64,000 nt of DNA, from positions 22,692,001-22,756,000 of the forward strand of contig JBHGNT010000002.1 of the NCBI GenBank assembly GCA_043228905.1, read 5' to 3'. Below are positions 60,919 to 64,000 of the stretch, piece by piece. Position 1 is the stretch's first letter; every line of letters starts with the position of its first letter. The position numbers were made by a program, and so were the translations under genes. Source of the DNA: Azolla caroliniana. Taxonomy: Eukaryota > Plantae > Polypodiophyta. A model generated the notes under the pieces. The model saw only the letters and a program-made list of their open reading frames with translations, searched no databases and was not told the DNA's origin.

Positions 60919-63299
60919 TCTTTGGTGAACCGGACGTGAACAAGGCGGCAAAGGAGTCGAAAGATGAGGGGATCGGAGCTAGCAGAGGCAATGGCGGTGG
61001 CCTCGACCGGTTGATGAGCGCTCATGAGGGAACGGGTACCCTCGACAGAGCCATTGAATCGATCGTCGGCTCTATAGGCCGTTGCGGAGGGAAAGACGCC
61101 ACAAGTTATTTGGAGGCTTACCGGGCCGAAATGATCATGAGGGATATCCAGGTGGATAGGCAGCTGTCCCGATTCCCTCAGGTGGTGACGCCGAGCATCC
61201 ACACGGAGGTGCTCGAGGTGTTGACCGGGTGCCAGACTTGGGAGGAGTTCGAGCTGCAGTTCCTCGAGAAGTACGAGTTTGACGACTCGCTTCGGCTGTC
61301 GAGGCGGGACTTCATGGCGTGGGTGGAAAGCCCCGGAAAAGGGAGGAACACGTCGGCGCTCCTCTAGGAGTTTGAAAAACGGTTCGCGCGGCTATCGACG
61401 TTGGACCGGACCGTGCTCGAAACGAGTCGAGTACTACTGTTTGTCAAGTCGGTGGACGCGCTCGACAGGGAAAAGGTGCGTCCCCTATTGGAAATGGACG
61501 AAGGGCTCACCGAAGACTAGGCCGTGGTAAAACGGGTCTGTAGCCGTTTCGACAAACGACGCGATTGGAGCAATGAAAGCTCGTCGGGGTCAGGGCTGGT
61601 CCTGGCGAGGATGCTCGAGGAGCCGGTATTGGTGCCAGCCGGTAGGAAGGAAGAGACACAAATTTGGTTGGAGTCGGGGTCGGCATCGAACGACGTGGTC
61701 AAAGGCCCTTCCGGAGGAGTGGCTCTGGAGGAGCTGACACAGATGGTGCGTGACCTGTAGATCGCACAGGCACGAAGAGACAGCGACGAACAACCTCGCG
61801 ACTGAAGGCCACCGGCTGGGCAGCGGTGCATGTGGTGTGACGTGATCGGTCACATTCGGAAGGATTGCGTGAATTTCGTCGATGCGCTCAGGACCAACGT
61901 GGTGTACCTCTGGAATGGGCGGGTGCACGCGAGCGAGACCCAGACAACCCTAAAACTAAATACGGGGTGCAGCGGAATGAAGAGGTTGATTGAAGAGGCC
62001 GCGACACGGCATGTAGAAGCCGTTAACTACTCAGTGTCGGCGGGAATTCGGGTTGGGGGTGATGAGACCCGGAAGGTGAAGGACTCCGGATTCTGGCCGC
62101 TAGTGCTGGAAGGCCTCTCCGGAGTTCGGCTGAAGAAGGAAGAGGCGGACCGCGCGGAACAACGGGTCCAGGAGGTCACCGAATGGTACGATCCGGTCGA
62201 AGAGAAAACGGGCTTCGTAGAAGCCACTTTCCAGAACTACGAGGCTCTGGTTGAAGACAAACGGGCAGGAAAGGCCAGGTGCGTCGGTCCCCCGCAGAGG
62301 TACGAGACCTGGTTCGGACCGAAACCGATCGGTGCCGGCAACCCAGGCGCGCCGGACGGGAAGAAGCAGGTGGGGTTTCGGTTTAGCATCGAAATTGAGA
62401 CAACAACGGACCTACGGAAGGTCCTTGAAGAGCGGATCCTCGACAATAAAGTGGAGCTGTCGTTGTGGGAGGTGCTGGGAATCGCCAAGAGGGAGTTCCA
62501 CGACTCCATTGTAGACTTGGTGAAGCGGAAGAGGCTCTCGACGGAGACCCTTGTGAGGATCGACGACGTTCCGGAACCGGTGGTGGCCTTGGTAGACCAT
62601 GGATCCGAAATCAACCTGATGTCCATAGATTTCTACAAGAGGGGTAAATGGCCGATCAACACCAAGCATGGGTGGAAGATATGCGCGGCAACGTGTGCTA
62701 CGGAGGAGCTGCATGGTGCGTGCCTGAATATACACGTAAAGGTCGGTGACGTCGAGATAGATAAACATTTCTTCGTGCAGGAAAAATCGTCGCACCCGGT
62801 GATTCTCGGCGAACCATACATTACGGCAGCACGCATGGAGACAAAGGTGTTGGATAACGGTTCGGCGTACGCGCGTGTCAAGAGCCAAGATGGTCAACAT
62901 TCCGTCCAAATCATGACCGTATGTCCGAACCATGAGAGGGATCGCGAGACCCTTAGCGGCGACAACCGAGGGGATTTTTAGAGGGGGCTATCAAGGCGTG
63001 GGGCCGCGGTAGTCCGGACGTACCGGAAGAACCCCACACATGTACAGTAGGTAGGAAGTTTTGGTTCTCCGAAAACGGAGGTTGTACTATAGCCGGCGTC
63101 AGCGGCCGGGAGAGGAAGCGTGCGGAGGAGCGGCTCAGGGGATGCAGAGTCCTCTCCCCCGACGAAGAAATCAGCGGCGCCGTGGAGGCAGTCTCTTTTG
63201 ACGACACTTTGGGCGAGTTGCGAAAGGTGATCGGTGAAGACCTTAGAGAAGACCGGACCGTTTCGTTTAGTTTGATGGGAATGTACGAAGTCATCACGG
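60919..63299 (+). pseudogene. GC-Gypsy copy D: PBS (60923-60940), disrupted gag-protease and pol start, directly after the second LTR of copy B
   Basis: TGGTGAACCGGACGTGAA; ORF pieces 60936-61367, 61524-61760, 61830-62981; frameshift cassette 62972-63037. Confidence 0.9.
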
Positions 63300-64000
63300 T
63301 GTCGTGTGAATCTTCACACTCTATGTAAAAAAATAATGAAATAATTATTATAGATTAGATTAGTAGCTTACTATAGAAAGATGGATATACTCAAGAGCTT
63401 CAAAATGTATTTTACTATATACAAAATGGAGAAATACATATCAAGTTATGTGAAAATAAAGTTTGAGAAGATAGAGAAATTAGAACTATCCCACATAGAT
63501 AGGAAACTTAAGGCCCTGGCTATATAAGCACCTTTAGCTCCATCATTTTTCATTTGTTCTAAGAGCACTTTGGTCACTTTGTCTTGATGGATGATGGTGG
63601 CCAAATTTCCTAAATCTGGAAACCGGCCGGTAAACAAATCCGGAAACCGGCTGGTAAGCAAATCCGGAAAATGGGTCCGGTAAGCAAATCCGGAAACTGG
63701 CCGATATGCAAAATCGGAACCGGAACCGGCAAGCAAATCGGAACCGGCCAGCAAGCAAAACCGGAACCAAAATTGGTATGCAAACCAGAACCGGAATCGG
63801 TATGCAAATCGGAACCGCCAAGCAAACTGGAACCGGCCGACAAGCAAAATCGGAACCGGCCGGCAAGCAAAACCGGAACCAGAACCGGAACTGGCCGGCA
63901 AGCAAAATGGAACCGGTCGGCGAGGGATTCGGCGATCGGGCGGAACCGGCGACCGTACGAGGTTGGACGCAAATCGAACGGATAAAAGGATCATGTGGCT
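63300..64000. mobile_element. Start of a further insertion (LTR-like), running off the window
   Basis: Abrupt break of copy D pol at TGTCGTGTGAA; AT-rich block, then degenerate CCGGAACCGG/CAAGCAAA repeats at 63610-63950. Confidence 0.5.

Noticed and set aside
63446-63994. Repetitive ORFs (KPEP / RFRF)
   Set aside because: Artefacts of a CCGG-rich tandem repeat open in several frames.

Overview
Eukaryotic, land-plant-type genomic DNA; the transposon lineages suggest a non-seed plant, which is inference. The window holds one intact host gene, a single-exon zinc-ribbon + RING-H2 E3 ligase (26516-28150), between two clusters of nested retrotransposons. Left cluster: a degenerate Tnt1-like Copia (1977-12738, -) carrying a degenerate chromovirus (4409-9835, +), then a LINE inserted in a LINE (15.6-19.0 kb). 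Right cluster (33.6-64 kb): an old Gypsy integrase remnant, then GC-rich Gypsy copy A, copy B of that family (35399-60918), a Copia (38409-56940, TSD ACGAA), a chromovirus (38556-51655, TSD ACGGG) and an intact, very young copy of the GC-rich family (43160-50493, 4-bp TSD ACGC), each nested in the previous one. Most notable signals: (i) the GC-rich non-chromoviral Gypsy family has a tRNA-Trp PBS, a 4-bp TSD, a D-H-G protease motif and a -1 frameshift cassette (G GAT TTT + covarying pseudoknot) placed after the protease; (ii) the chromovirus lacks a tRNA PBS but has a Tf1-type self-priming complement, heat-shock-element arrays in U3 and a G TTA AAC frameshift hairpin; (iii) the two diverged Copias share an in-frame TAG in RNase H and have very different Gag N-termini. 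All boundaries and difference counts were read by eye; no searches were run.
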